A DNA stretch of 63,980 nt, counting the filler, from Asterionella formosa (lineage: Eukaryota), in NCBI GenBank assembly GCA_002256025.1. It is 16 parts of 16 records of this genome, joined end to end, with 100 filler letters (N's around TTAATTAATTAA, not from the genome) between each part and the next. Parts side by side here need not be neighbours in the genome. Positions count along the whole stretch, not along the records: positions 1 to 21,924 come from NKIB01002913.1; positions 22,025 to 43,940 come from NKIB01002921.1; 14 more parts are not named here. One strand, given 5' to 3'. Of this stretch, positions 13,337 through 26,106 are shown in pieces. Every line of letters begins with the position of its first letter. Position 1 is the first letter of the stretch. The notes under the pieces are model-generated. The model made no database searches. It had not been told where the DNA came from and was given only the letters and a program-made list of their open reading frames with translations. The position numbers and the translations under genes were made by a program.

Positions 13337-13744
13337 ATGGCATACCGAAAGGCAATCATCTCCGCCATTGAAGATATGGGTGACAATCATCTGCGGTCGT
13401 CAGTTGAAACCATTGAGAAGCATGTCAAGGCGAATTTACCAAGCGGAACAGAGTGGAATCACGTCTTGTTCTTGACCACCCTCAAAGCAATCATCGAAGA
13501 TGGAGACGTCGATGTCTCGTCCAACCACTTCACTCTTTCACCTGATTTTAAGCGAAAGCGAGTCCGCAGTTTCATGACCAAGTTGCAGCAATGCCCAAAC
13601 CCTCCCATGATTTACCCATCGTTTGATGCAGGCGATGACAACAATTCGCCGACTCCACGAAATAACGACGAGCATCTAAAGTACAAGGCTGCAAAGCGGA
13701 AGGTGGGACAGAACGAAAGGGAAAGTCTTATGGAAACGGCATAA
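13337..13744 (+). CDS. Linker histone H1/H5 globular (H15) domain protein
   Basis: YRKAIISAI...SSVETIEKHV...LKAIIEDGD...HFTLS fits the H15 winged-helix pattern. No long Lys/Ala/Pro tail; 3' end could be spliced. Confidence 0.65.
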   Translation: MAYRKAIISAIEDMGDNHLRSSVETIEKHVKANLPSGTEWNHVLFLTTLKAIIEDGDVDVSSNHFTLSPDFKRKRVRSFMTKLQQCPNPPMIYPSFDAGDDNNSPTPRNNDEHLKYKAAKRKVGQNERESLMETA

Positions 13745-14205
13745 CTAGTGTTTTAGTGGAAGTATACCAATAGGATCGAGGTACATTGATCTTTTTTAGA
13801 CACCGGTCCACTTATATGCTGTCAACGTTTAAAGGCAATTTTACAATAGAAGATTGCTTTGGTTATTCCATATTAGTGTTTCATCAATGTTTTCGATGTG
13901 CCTTTCTGTCAGTGGCAAAAATGTCTCAGAAGCAGACTTTCAAGGAAGACTTACTATACTAAAAATCTATATTGAAGAATAAACTACATTTTTTCTCAGC
14001 CAGCAGTTAATCAGTGCTGAACCCTGAATACAATCACTATTACCAGTACTAGCTCAGCCCAATTCGACCAAAACATTTAAAACGATGTTGTTGAGTTTAC
14101 ATTATTAAATCCACACGCGATACGGCATCTTTGAGTAAAACAAGTGGAAGCGCATGACAAACAAAATACTAAAACATTATCTCGATTCATAAAACATTTT
14201 ATGTG

Positions 14206-17200
14206 TCATTGAATAGGGCAAATATCAAAGCAACAACCACATGCCAACACACAGCCAACCATGGTGGTAGTCACTTGGTGTAGATTCTCGCAAATGCCCA
14301 ATGGAACTTCTCCGACAAAACAATTCCCAGCAATAAAAAATTCCTCGAGCTTTGTGAGCATACCAAGCGAAGCGGGCAACGAACCAGTCAAATTATTGTT
14401 TGCCACGTCAAGCAATGTGAGCAGGTCAAGCATCCCCCGCTCAGAAGGCAACGACTTGAATAACTTGTTATTTTGAAGTTCTATCGCTTTGAGGATTAAT
14501 AACGGGCCAATGGAAGTGGGGATGATTCCATCAATGCGATTGTCATTCAAGGCAATGCTTTCAAGGTTCGTCAATCCACTGAGATTTTCAGGAATAGAAC
14601 CTGTCAAACTGCAGTTGTTGAGGTGCAATTCACGAAGAGCCCCAAGATTCCCGTCTACTTCACTGATGCGACCTCCGAGATTATTGTTGCTTAACGCTAG
14701 AAATTCAAGATTGGAAATTTTTCTCAAGAACTCAACAGGAATGCCTCCAGTTAGAAGATTGTTGGAGAGGTCGAAGGAACTCAACGAGGAAGAGAATCCC
14801 AGAGGAATGGTGCCAGTAAACCGTTTACCTGAACCTCCAAAAAACTCAAGCAGTGACCAACCAACATTTCCTGAGGCAGGGACGGGGCCAGAGAAAGAAT
14901 TTTCTGAGAAATCAATGTACCGGAAGGTTAGAGTGTAACCGATCAAAGGTGAAATTATGCCAGTCAGCTGATTGTATGAGATGTCAGATCGTTGAATTTT
15001 GAAAGCAGTTACATCAAAGTATGTTCTATTGTAAATCAACTGCAGGAAGGCTTCCCGAAATACGATTGTGAGATAGGGTGACCTCTTTTCGTCGAATCAT
15101 TTCCTTATTCAAATCCGGCAAATGTTCCAGAAAATCGGTTGTTGTCTAGCCAGATAAATGTAAGAGACGTTAAACCAGCAAAGGTGGGAATCGTCCCATT
15201 CAACAAGTTGCTCTTGACGTCCAATGTCCCTAATGAAACGAGATTGGAAATATTTTGCGAGAGTGTCCCAGTGAGTTTGTTCTTGGAGAGATACAAATTT
15301 TTCAATAGTCCAAGAGTGTATATTGAGGACGGGATTGTACCAGTCAATGAGTTATCCATAAAGTCAAGAACGAGTAGGTTCTGAAGATTTCCAATCCCAC
15401 TAGGAACTGGTCCACTTAACTGATTGGCACTCAAATCAAGATTAACAAGATTGGTCAAATCCGAAATCTCTGGAGGTATCGTTCCATTGATAGCATTTTT
15501 TGCAAGACGAAGAAGAGTCAAACCCTCAATTAAACCGATCTCGCTTGGGATTTGGCTGCTGAGTCCATTTCTTGTCAAGTCGATTCCAGTTACAACTTGT
15601 TTTTGACTGCGGTCGGATGCACAAGTGACACTGATACTCCAGTCACAAACATGAAGGGTCGGCGACAGCCATTGCTCTTGTTCCAACCAATTCTCACCTT
15701 TCATGGCATAGTAGAATACGGTTAAAATGTATCGTTCAGAGAAAATCAATCCTACGCCTTCGGTATCAAATTCATCCACTGATGACAACCAACCAACAGC
15801 TAGATGCTGTGGCGATTCAGGAGTTAAGACAGTTTCAGAACCAGAAATAGCAATCGCTGCCATTTCAATATCTGCCGCAATGAAGGAAGGAGCAAATGAT
15901 GGTGATCCAGTGCTTGAAATTGTATCAACTGCTTGCACTGATTCACTTCCACAATATCGGATCACAGAAAACACAGTCACGCCCACAGCTACGCCTGCAA
16001 TGACAAAACAGAACAAGGCTAATAGGTATTTGAATCCAAAACTAGCAGACTCTGCATAGACAATATCAGTCTGTTCATCTGTGGCTGGCATCGCTTCAAT
16101 GACGTTTTCATTGTTGATCATGTCCGCTTCCACGTCCAGTCTCATAATTGTATTACTCCTGTTTGGGTTACGCTCGACTCGACGAGGTGCCCCAAAGGCC
16201 CGTCCTTCCATGTCGACAGTTTCAGGTCTATCAGCACGAGTCCAGTGAGCACGGCTTTGTGTCTGCTGCATTATGGAACGTTGTAACATGGGGGAGGCAC
16301 CTAGGGCTGTAGGAGCACTCACTTGCCGTGGGTAGCTATGGGCACCACCCATGGAAGCTTCCATGTGTTCTTGGTGAAAGAATGGTGGAATGCCATGCCT
16401 GAACCTAGAGTAACTCGAGTTATTTTGAGTCCTCTCAAGTGAGGGTTGATTTCCTTGTTCGTCAAATTGAGAATAATACGCTATTTGTGAAGCATCATTG
16501 GGATATGCACCTTTATGGAACATGTACTGATTCATAGATTCATCAACGTTTGATGATAGTTGAGAAAAATTATGCATGCTCCGTGCGCGTGTATTCGATG
16601 ATGATGGTCGAGCAAACGAAGGAGGTGAAATGGTATTAGACGAGGCAGATATCCTTTGTTGCTCATTCTGTTCACGTTTTGCACGAGATCTCCCTTGCGC
16701 CAAAGCACGAAACACAGCACTTGCGACACTACCTTCAGTGTTGTTGTTTTCATAATTCCAGCCCATCATCAACTTATTGTTTTCATCATCATCATCATCA
16801 TCATCATGGAATGATGCCTGATTGTCGCCATTGTCGATGCTAGCTGCTGTCGCTGCGGCTGAAGAGGAATAGGATGTTTCCATTCCCTGTCGTTGTTCGT
16901 GTTCAAACTGAGTGACCAATGCTTCTGCAACATCCGGATCAGTTCCATTAGAAATCATAAACTGAACTACCAAGTCGTGTGTTCCGAACCAGTTGGGCGA
17001 TGCATCAGCATTAGCACAAGCATAAGCATAAGCATAAGCATCAGCATTAGTGGCAGGTGTCGTCGTAGAAGGTCCCTCGGCAGCGTAGCCATCCTTATGT
17101 TTCTTTTTGTTTTGTTGTCTACGGGTGACGACTGAAAACTCGTTACTGTTGGGATTAACCTCATGTGCCATACCATCTGGATTGTCTTCAACTGGATGAG

Positions 17201-17606
17201 ACTGTCGAACAAATTCAGCTGCTGAATGAGCAGCGACGAGTCCAATGGAGGACAGAAACCTATCATGATGAGCCCCATCCTCATATTCGTTACGAAAAGA
17301 GGATGGATTCGAATTGGGCGGTTTATTATTCCTTTCCTTCTTCTTTTTCTTCTTCTTGATTGGATTCCCCCATTCGTCCACCTTTACTTTCTTCTCTCCA
17401 ACATATTTTCCGTCTTGGTCGTACCACACAACCAGTTTTGATTTTGGTTGTTTCGGACGCGTTGGCGTTTCCGAAGGCATCATCTTCACTTGGTCATTAG
17501 TAATTATAGACGATGAGTCTTCAAGAAGTTCCTCTCGAGATGGACCTGGCAGCATCGTCGGCACATTAGGGTCAACGGCATTTGTTTTCTCTTGCTGGAC
17601 CGACAT
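14206..17606 (-). pseudogene. Type-II membrane LRR receptor-like protein with two frameshifts near 15120 and 15040 (pseudogene or sequencing error)
   Basis: Low-complexity N-terminus, TM segment YLLALFCFVIAGVAVGVTVFSVI, cap SPQHLAVGWL..ERYILTVFYY..W..CDW, many LxLxxNxLxGxIP repeats. One repeat (LSHNRISGSLP) lies in a different frame between the two ORFs. Confidence 0.8.
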
Positions 17607-19309
17607 ACAGTATGTAACACCGTATTCTCACATATTATGACAGAGGCAATAATAAAATAATAATTAAAATAATATGGGCCGCCATTGTGAAAATTGGTCC
17701 CGGTAAGAATATTTATGGATGTATAAATATTTTTTGATTCCTCAAAACGTTATGAGAAAGGAAAAACAGCTAACTGTACTCACTCTTGCTGGTGAAAATA
17801 GTAGCATCAAATCGCCAGCACCCCTACCTTATTAGTGTCTTTACCGTTCCCATAGGACGGAGCCCAAATACAATATTTCTACCTGAGGGTCGGCTTACTC
17901 GAGAAAATTCTTTGATTATTAGTTACATAAACGTGAACATTATTATCATCGAGTTAAATTATTCGAAACCAATTTCACATGCATAGATGTACATATTGCC
18001 AAATGCCGTTCTGTATCGGCCGGCCACTCAAATATTTGCGGGAAACCAACTACCGGTACAACAAGCCACTGACATAATAATTATATCTTGAATAAAATAA
18101 CTGTCGTTCGGTATACCATACCGCCGGATATTTATCGGTTACATTCCTCAAAATCATCACCATTTTTGGGGTTGGTGCGCATTTCATGGTAATGGAACGC
18201 AAGTTGCCGTTGTTCTACTGTTATATCGTACTTTGTACGTTTGTTGAGATTAGAGAGATGGTTTGAAGAATAATAGGTCCTCATGCATCTGCATTTTGCT
18301 TGACATGGGCCAGAAGTGAAAATCGAAAAGGCCCAAAAATGTCTTTTTGGAACATAGTTGCCAATTTTTCTGAAGGTTGCGGCCCCGGCTTAACCCTAGT
18401 TTGAAGAAAATATTGCTAGGGTTGTGGAAACAGCGTGGAACAGGGAGTTTCTTCCTACTATGAATTTTACTATGAATTTGCATGATTTGAGTGTCCATTT
18501 GAATATTTGAATTAAATAGGAATTGGCACCAGATTGATAGAGTTCCATTTTAAACAAACAAAAATGATATTTAAAATATTTTTAATATATCCTCATTGCT
18601 GAGTGTAGATATATTTTGCTCACCACCAAAACACATTTATAAATCAGGAGTATGCCAACATGTATGCTCACTGTTTGTGTTCATAACATTATATTGAATC
18701 TACGCTGCTGTATGTAGTTTAAACATAACTTTATGCACAAAGGTATATATATAAATCAGTACAGTACCAGGTATACCAGTAGTACATAATCTTTGTTCAT
18801 GATGATGGAAGACAGGATGAAACTATTGCCGGTGTACCAGTACTGTTTTTACCTACTGGTATACAGTACATCTAATGCTTGTGGTTCAAGTGTGGCTGGC
18901 GTGATATCTATCTAACTGATGCCCCCCCCCCTCCCCATCACCAGCATTGCCTCGTCTAGTCAATGCATATTGCCTCTACAGTGGGGTTCACAAAAGTAAG
19001 AGGGGAAACCCAGCATAGATGTTGATCATGTTGCAACTATCTATAGTTGAAACATGATGAAAGATTCTCCAGCTGCTCACTGCCACTATCGGTACCTGTC
19101 TTCTCTTGTGTTTTGTGTGAGTACAAAAGAATCATAACCTGTTAGCTAAATAATTATATGCTAGTGCCTACGTTAACCAAAAGAATAATTGCATGTTTCA
19201 TTTTCTATGAAAAGAAATTTATTGGTGTTTGGTTCCACCGGCTCGAGAAAAGTGTACAGGGGGGCAAAGCTGTCGAATTATATGGCGCATCTTCTGGGGT
19301 GCTCCAGTA

Positions 19310-21924
19310 CCAGTAAAGAACTGCTGTGACCCACTGAGTTCTCCTATTCGTTTGATTAGTTCGACTAAACCTATTCCATGCCTTGCGAGAATCAACTTCC
19401 AGGTCTTGTTAACCAAAGGAGTCAGCAGGTTGCGGATCAGTCGGTATTCTCATGATTGAAGGTCGAGGTACTGAGATACAAACCATTTTATGCGGACAAA
19501 ATTTGCCGGTAATGGGTCACAGCAGTACTTAAATTTTTATGTATAATTGTATATAATTTTATATACCATTATGATCACGGATTACCCCGTTTGGTTTTCA
19601 CAAAATTATTTATAAGAATTTTCGCATCCATTATTTATATCACAATCACACAAAAATGCATTCAGCCACATTAAATGCTTGTGCCTATCAACACCACTGC
19701 AATATCGCCCTCATCCCTACTTAGCTCCTGCCCTTCCACAAGCACAACATCAAGAGGCCGAATTGGATATGGAGAATACTTTTCTCCACAGCAACAAGTC
19801 TCCAAATATCTTGCCAACAAGTTCTGTCTGGTTATTGGAAGCAGCGCATCGCCATTGCGCTTGTACCATGTCACCATTGTTTTCAGTTCAGCTATGTTGT
19901 GGTAGCTTCCAGCTTCCTTTCCGGTCTCTCTGATGGCCTGTACCTTCTGTGACAATTCAAAAAACCGTTGATTCAATTTCTGCTCCTTGTTTTGTTCCTG
20001 GATTTCATGCCGGCGTTTGATTTTCAGCATATGCTCAAAAAGCGGTGGTCCTAGACATGTGTTTCCAACAGCAAAGTGCAGTCCTGCGGTCATTCGTTTG
20101 TGTGTGTCGATTGCTGCTTGTGCTGTTTGTTTTCTTTTCCTGGCATGTTCTGCTGCATCATTACCATTTCGCACATCTTCTCTGTTTATGTATTCAACGA
20201 TTTGATTTGTAAGAGTTCCTGAAAGTCCTTCTTGCAGGTTGAGCTGGTCAGGTGAAATAGAGGTTCTGTTGCTGTGTGAGATTCTATTCAATGGGACAAC
20301 ACCAAATTTTGTCAGCTGTATTTCAGGATTCAACAAACAATTATAGTTCAAAGGTCCCCAGCCTCGTTCTGCTAACGCTTTTTTGTTTGTGCGTAATCTC
20401 GCAAAACTTTTTTCCCAAGCATATGCAACAATTCCAACTACATCTGTCTTCTCAATTGCAAATGGAAGATGGTACAAAGCCTTCTTGGTGAGTAAGTCTC
20501 TCTTTGCTTGTGTGAGGTGCATCTTGAAACATCCATTCTGTTCTGTTGAATCCCCAACTTGCCAGTATGATGTTCCATAGGGGACCCCAATATACACATG
20601 CCATGGATGGATAGGACTATTGATGTATACAAGGAAGGCCAGGTCGAAGCGGGATCCATGGCCATCAAGCAAAAGGAAGGGTGGGCTTGCCATCTGACCG
20701 ATCAAATATGTTTGATGAATCGATTTGTTTGAGCATTGCAGCCAGGAGTTCAGCAGTGATGGAGCCAGAGTCCGAACAGCAACACGTAGTGGGCATAGTG
20801 GTTCCATTTAGCATGCATATTGGTCCCTGTGGGTAGCGCTTGCCAGGTCCAGTGTTGGCAGGAATATTGTCAGGAGTTCCAATCCATTCAGCAAAGGGAT
20901 CAAGTCCTTGAACCCAACCAATCTCCAACTGTTTTGTGGCGAAAATAATTGCACACATTACAGGGTAACCGTCAGCAGCAGTGATTCCTAACACAGTGAA
21001 ATGGGCATCCTTGAGAGCACTTCGTTGTTGTGGTCTTCCAGCTGCATTGACCAAAAACTTCTCAACCCCAATCTGTCCATCCTTTGCCTGACTGGTGTTG
21101 CTTCCAACTTTGTCAACAAAAAGCAGCTTGTCTGGTCTTGTCAATTTATATTTTGTTTGCAATCCAAATGCCTCCCCTTCAGTTTCAACCACATCACCTT
21201 CCTTGTCAAACCACACTTCCTGCTCCAGCTCCTCAGCAATCTTTCCCATCACCATCTCTTTGTAAATGTCGGCATACATTGCTTCGAAGTTCTGATAGGT
21301 ACACCAGTCCGCACGTTTGCTGTCAAACTTAACACCTTTTTTGCCTTGACATTCAGCCCATTCCGCTTCATGAATCCTCGCCAGTACCCCTTTCCCAACT
21401 CCTTCGTTAACTGCTGCTCATCCCTGAATGAAATACAATGCTTACGACGCCAGATTTGAATGTTTTCCATTATCGACTTTCCATTTACAAGTGAATTTGC
21501 AAGTTGCAGTCCCTCTCGGCATGTGATGGGCGAACGCATTTTACCCAACTGATCAATGAGCTCCACAATGTAAGGTTCCACTTCAAGCATAGGTGAGATG
21601 CGAGCTGTGTTTGTTCCTTGATTTTTTTTCTTTTTGCACTTGTTCTAACTGTTTCGAAATTAATATTGACAGCAGGAGGAATACCAAGCGCCTCCTTTTC
21701 TCTCAATATTATACAGGTAAGTGTATTTCTCTTCACTCGTGATTCTCCTCCTCCTTTTTCTTTTTCCTCTTCTCTCACCCTCATATATTCTGCTGCCGAA
21801 TTGGAAATACATTCTTTCACTTTTTCTGCCATGATGGAGCTGGCTACTGCAGTTGTTCCCTTTGGACGACCACCATAGGGCAGGGTTATAGTGGCAGAAA
21901 TGATGCTGCTGCTTTCAGTTGATG
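19310..21924 (-). mobile_element. Decayed pogo/Tc5-like DDE_1 DNA transposon (truncated at scaffold end)
   Basis: Transposase spread over several frames (21832-19671) with LFVDKVGSNT, LLLDGHGSRF and WQVGDSTEQNG motifs. Near-identical copy at 55499-56707; the shared sequence ends near 19310 (CCAGTAAAG preceded by TA). Confidence 0.85.
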
Positions 21925-22024
21925 NNNNNNNNNNNNNNNNNNNNNNNNNNNNNNNNNNNNNNNNNNNNTTAATTAATTAANNNNNNNNNNNNNNNNNNNN
22001 NNNNNNNNNNNNNNNNNNNNNNNN
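21925..22024. other. Artificial contig spacer 44N-TTAATTAATTAA-44N (first of 15)
   Basis: Six-frame-stop 12-mer at 21969, 43985, 45419, 46852, 48285, 49717, 51149, 52581, 54012, 55443, 56874, 58305, 59735, 61165 and 62595. Confidence 0.98.
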
Positions 22025-22992
22025 TGTGAATTTTTAACTACCCGACCTGCTTTATCAGCTTGCAACAAATGGTGGACCCTCAGTGAAAAATTTGCATGAC
22101 ATGGTGATAGAGAATCCAGAAAGCTTGATTCAATTCAACAATAAAAAATGCGCCAGAGTTTAAAAACTTGAAATCGGTGAATAATAAATAGACAAACACG
22201 TTCGAAGGGTTTTTTAGCAATAAGAACAGGGTGGTTAATTGATGATAGCGGGCAATCAATTGGGCTTGAATTGGCGACAAAAACGAAGATGTATGACTCT
22301 ATACTACTAGGCATGGATGGTAAACAGAATAAATCAGACGACTACATAATCAAACGAACATTTTCATGGCTGTCATGATATCTAGTCATCAACATTCTAT
22401 TTCAAAATCACATCCACACATGCAACGAGCTGTTAGAATTGTGGTCGCATTACCAACATGTAACTATCACAAGATACTACAACCCAAAGTTCACCTTCAA
22501 TTTTGCTGCATACGACTAGCTAGTATTTTAGAGATTGACGAGACAGCATGGACTTCGGTTGATTGCTGCGATAATCGATCGTCGCCTCATACAAATGAGC
22601 ACATCCGTAGCTAGCAATGACAAAGGTGAGCCGTGGCAAACTGTAGACCGATCATATGGTTTCGAAAAAGAAAAGTTCATGCCGACAAGATTCTACAACA
22701 CACCGGTACGTACTGACATGTATGTATGCGCATCCATCAGGTACCAGGTACCTGGTACCTCGTACCGGTATTAGTACTCCATAACATCGTAGTAAGTCAC
22801 AACTACCGTCCTGTATAATTCTCTATTTATCTACTAGTACATCAATGCTCCATGTCAGGTGCGTATCTGGTATCTGGTACCAGGTACCTGGTAACGGTAC
22901 ATCCAATGCATCACGTACCGACATCAAGCTAAGTACGGTATGAACGATCAGAATCCGTCATCCCTTTTTTACACAATACAAAAGTATTGAAT

Positions 22993-23167
22993 GCAGCCAG
23001 GGAGTCATTATTAGGTTTTCCCGCACCTAAAAATCCAAGAACTGAAAAGGAAGTTCAACTTCGTCTGTAGCCTTATAGGAACATTTGTCTGTAGCTAGAA
23101 CGAGAAAATATTCTCAATCATTTCCTAAATTTTAGGTGCGGAATAACCTAAAATGACCCTCAGGGGC
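22993..23167. mobile_element. MITE-like element (~175 bp) with ~40-bp imperfect TIRs
   Basis: GTCATTATTAGGTTTTCCCGCACCTAAAA (~23004-23032) is the reverse complement of TTTTAGGTGCGGAATAACCTAAAATGAC (~23130-23157). AAT lies on both flanks. Confidence 0.65.
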
Positions 23168-23199
23168 AATTAATTTAACCTAAAATTCCCCACCTTCGT

Positions 23200-23706
23200 G
23201 TTGCTAACTGCTGACTTGATTTGCTGAAAATTTGAAATATTCGCTGACTGCTGACTTCGTTTGCTGACCGCTAACTTCAACATGCTGATGTCAAACAAGC
23301 TACTTTGTACATAGGAAGAGAATGACTACTGTTCCGGTGTACGAATTGTGTCTACTTTTCATATTAGAATAACGATGGAAACGCATCATCTTTTTGTTGT
23401 TGGGATACCAAAAGCGATGCCTTCTACGTTCATACTATACTATCGGGAGAAACATAGACGTTCTTAGTACCTAGTACTCAGTACATGATAATAAACTGTG
23501 AAATTGATATTTATAACTACGAAAATTCATTGCTATCATCATGTGCCGGTACTATTATAAAAATGCTGACATTAACTTGCTAACTACTGACTGCTGACTT
23601 GATTCGCTGAAAATTTGAAAAAATCGCTGACTGCTGACTTATTTTGCTGACTGCTGACATGAGATCAATGACTGCTGACTTCAGCTTACTGACTGCTGAC
23701 TTCAAG
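23200..23706 (+). repeat. Two clusters of (GACT)GCTGACTT motifs within a duplicated ~75-bp unit
   Basis: ACTGCTGACTTGATT.GCTGAAAATTTGAAA...CGCTGACTGCTGACTT occurs at ~23207 and ~23590, with extra GACTGCTGAC copies up to ~23702. Confidence 0.8.
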
Positions 23707-26106
23707 TTCATTTTGACAATAAAACGAGTAACGGCTTAAAGTCTATGTAAATGACTATTTAAAGAATATCGGAGTGGCGCAAAATTTAGGGGTTCGACAA
23801 TTTTTGGGCTATACCCCTTCCTTTTTCTTGTACGTGAATCGATGAACAGAAAACGAGCAACTTGCATGCTATGTGCGCTGATTACCGGACCTTCCTGATT
23901 AAATGGGCTATACACGTAAAAGACAGACATTTAGGCATGTGCCAGTCACAACATGAAAAATTCCGCAGACTCAGATGAGTCTGGACTAGAAGCAGGACAC
24001 AATACTGCTTCAATGGAATGATGTAAGCAACAATCATCACATTGAAGCAAACCTGTGGAGCATACACAAAATGTCCAAGTCATCATTTTCCAGTCTACAC
24101 ATGTACTTTGGAGGTGGGAACTGTCAGCATCCACTGCCCCTTTATAGGAAATTTTGTGTGCCTTTGGGAAGCCCAAAAACTCAGTGCTCAGCATTTTTGG
24201 TCAATCTTGACAAAAAATCTTGGCGATTCTTCTTCTTTCTTTTTTGTAATAAGGATTACATACCAATGCCTCCGCAAAGTGCTTGCAAAAACAGAGCATG
24301 CCATCGAGCTCCCTCCTTACAGAAGTTTTTATATGCAAGCATGACATAACACGCTATTTTGCCACCATTTCGTTGCCCATATCATTTCCAAACTGATTTG
24401 TGAAGGCCACTTTGCGTCATGGACATTCAAAAGCACCTCGAAATTTGTAGTGGTGACTGTTGAAAACCACTGTAAATGTAATTTGTTTTTGTTATTCATG
24501 GTCTGCACACACATTCCCCTCCACCATGCTCACTGCACTAATTTTCAATCCATCTGAGTGATTTCAGGTTCGCCCTCTACCTTTTTATCAAAGATAGACA
24601 AAATAGAATCTTTTCAGAACTACTATTGGATTGCTCTTGGATCCATTCAACTGTCTACTGTCACAAATTCCCGACTTATCCCACTAATTGTCAAAAAATT
24701 GTTTGCAACTCGTCATGACGAAAATTTTTCAGATGCTGGGGGAATTTTCAACAGCAATATCAACAAATCCAGCTGGAATGGCAACATCGTCAGTTTCATG
24801 AACTGCATCAGTACACTTGACAAGTTTGAGAAGCTCTGAAGGCATCACTTCACCTTCAGCTGCCTCCTCAAATACATAATCGCCTTTATCATAGTAAAAG
24901 GTGTATGGATCAGCATCAGAGATGATCTATAAGTGATTTTAAAGAGCATACAGCTTAGTTGTATCAGCATCATCCACAGTCCCAGGAGCTGTGACCACTG
25001 CAATGGCCATCACCTCCTTACCTCTGATTTTCTTGAGCTCCCTCAACAGCACTGTCATTCTTTCAAGTTGATGAACTTTTACGATGTTCACATGATGATT
25101 TCGGACCCAGAGTGATGGTTGAATTTACTTGGAAAGGCATGAAACGACCGCACCTTTGCCCATCATTGTCAAATTTCGTTTTCGCGCCATTCTTTTGGCA
25201 GGCAGACTTCTCATGAGCATGTATCTGAAATTGTTAAAGCCTATACAAACTTATTGCCATGCATACCTCCAGAAGCCTATAGTTCTGTAGATTTAGATTA
25301 ACTTTTCAGAAATGAAATATCTGTTGAATTGAGCTAGGGGCAAGGGATTGAAAACCCAGTCTGAATCCAGTCTAATAGGCTGAAATCAGCCTATCCGGAG
25401 AGAATTCGCTATTTTTGCTTTCAACTGAACATGAAGGTGTACATAGAGTCTGGTTTTCTTGATCTCATAATAACTGTAGAAAACCATGCAACTTTTCCCT
25501 AGTGTGGATGTTTTTGGATTTCCAAAAAAACCTGCATATCATCTGAAGTTGCGAAATTACTCATTACTACCGGTAGTCACCAAGATGATTATTGCAAGTT
25601 TGGTGAAATTTTCATTTTGGGGATTTCGTGTCTTTGACAGAAGAAGAAAGAAAACTGGTTTTAAAATGTTCTTGCTAAAAAATCAGGGGTTGAGAGATCA
25701 GACTAGCACTAAAGCTGCTTCAGTGTATGAAGATTAAATAGTGTACATGATAAATGATGTGCAAACTCAAGATATTATGATTGAAAGGCCCAAATTTGGC
25801 ATGCATAATTTCAGCCATGACACTTTTGACAATTAAGCTTGTCAGGCTTGTCAAACATATAGCCGAACTGTGATCATTCCACCAAAAATAACCTACTACT
25901 AATAAATGTGGCTTAAGAAAAAAACGATTAATCCTCCCAGATCAAAGCCATGAGTTATTGCCACAAATGTCCAACTGAGAGGCTATCTTCACAGCAGTGA
26001 TGCAACTGAAAGGATTCCCAGCAGAAAAAAGGGTTTAAAATTACATGAATCACTAGAATATAGTAACAGGCTTTGGTGACTTGAATGATTAGCTCACTTG
26101 ATCCCG

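Noticed and set aside
23740..25150. Possible decayed Ulp1-like protease or TE gene on the minus strand (PDSS..CGIF across a frameshift)
   Set aside because: Only one short motif among many stops; cannot be supported without a profile search.
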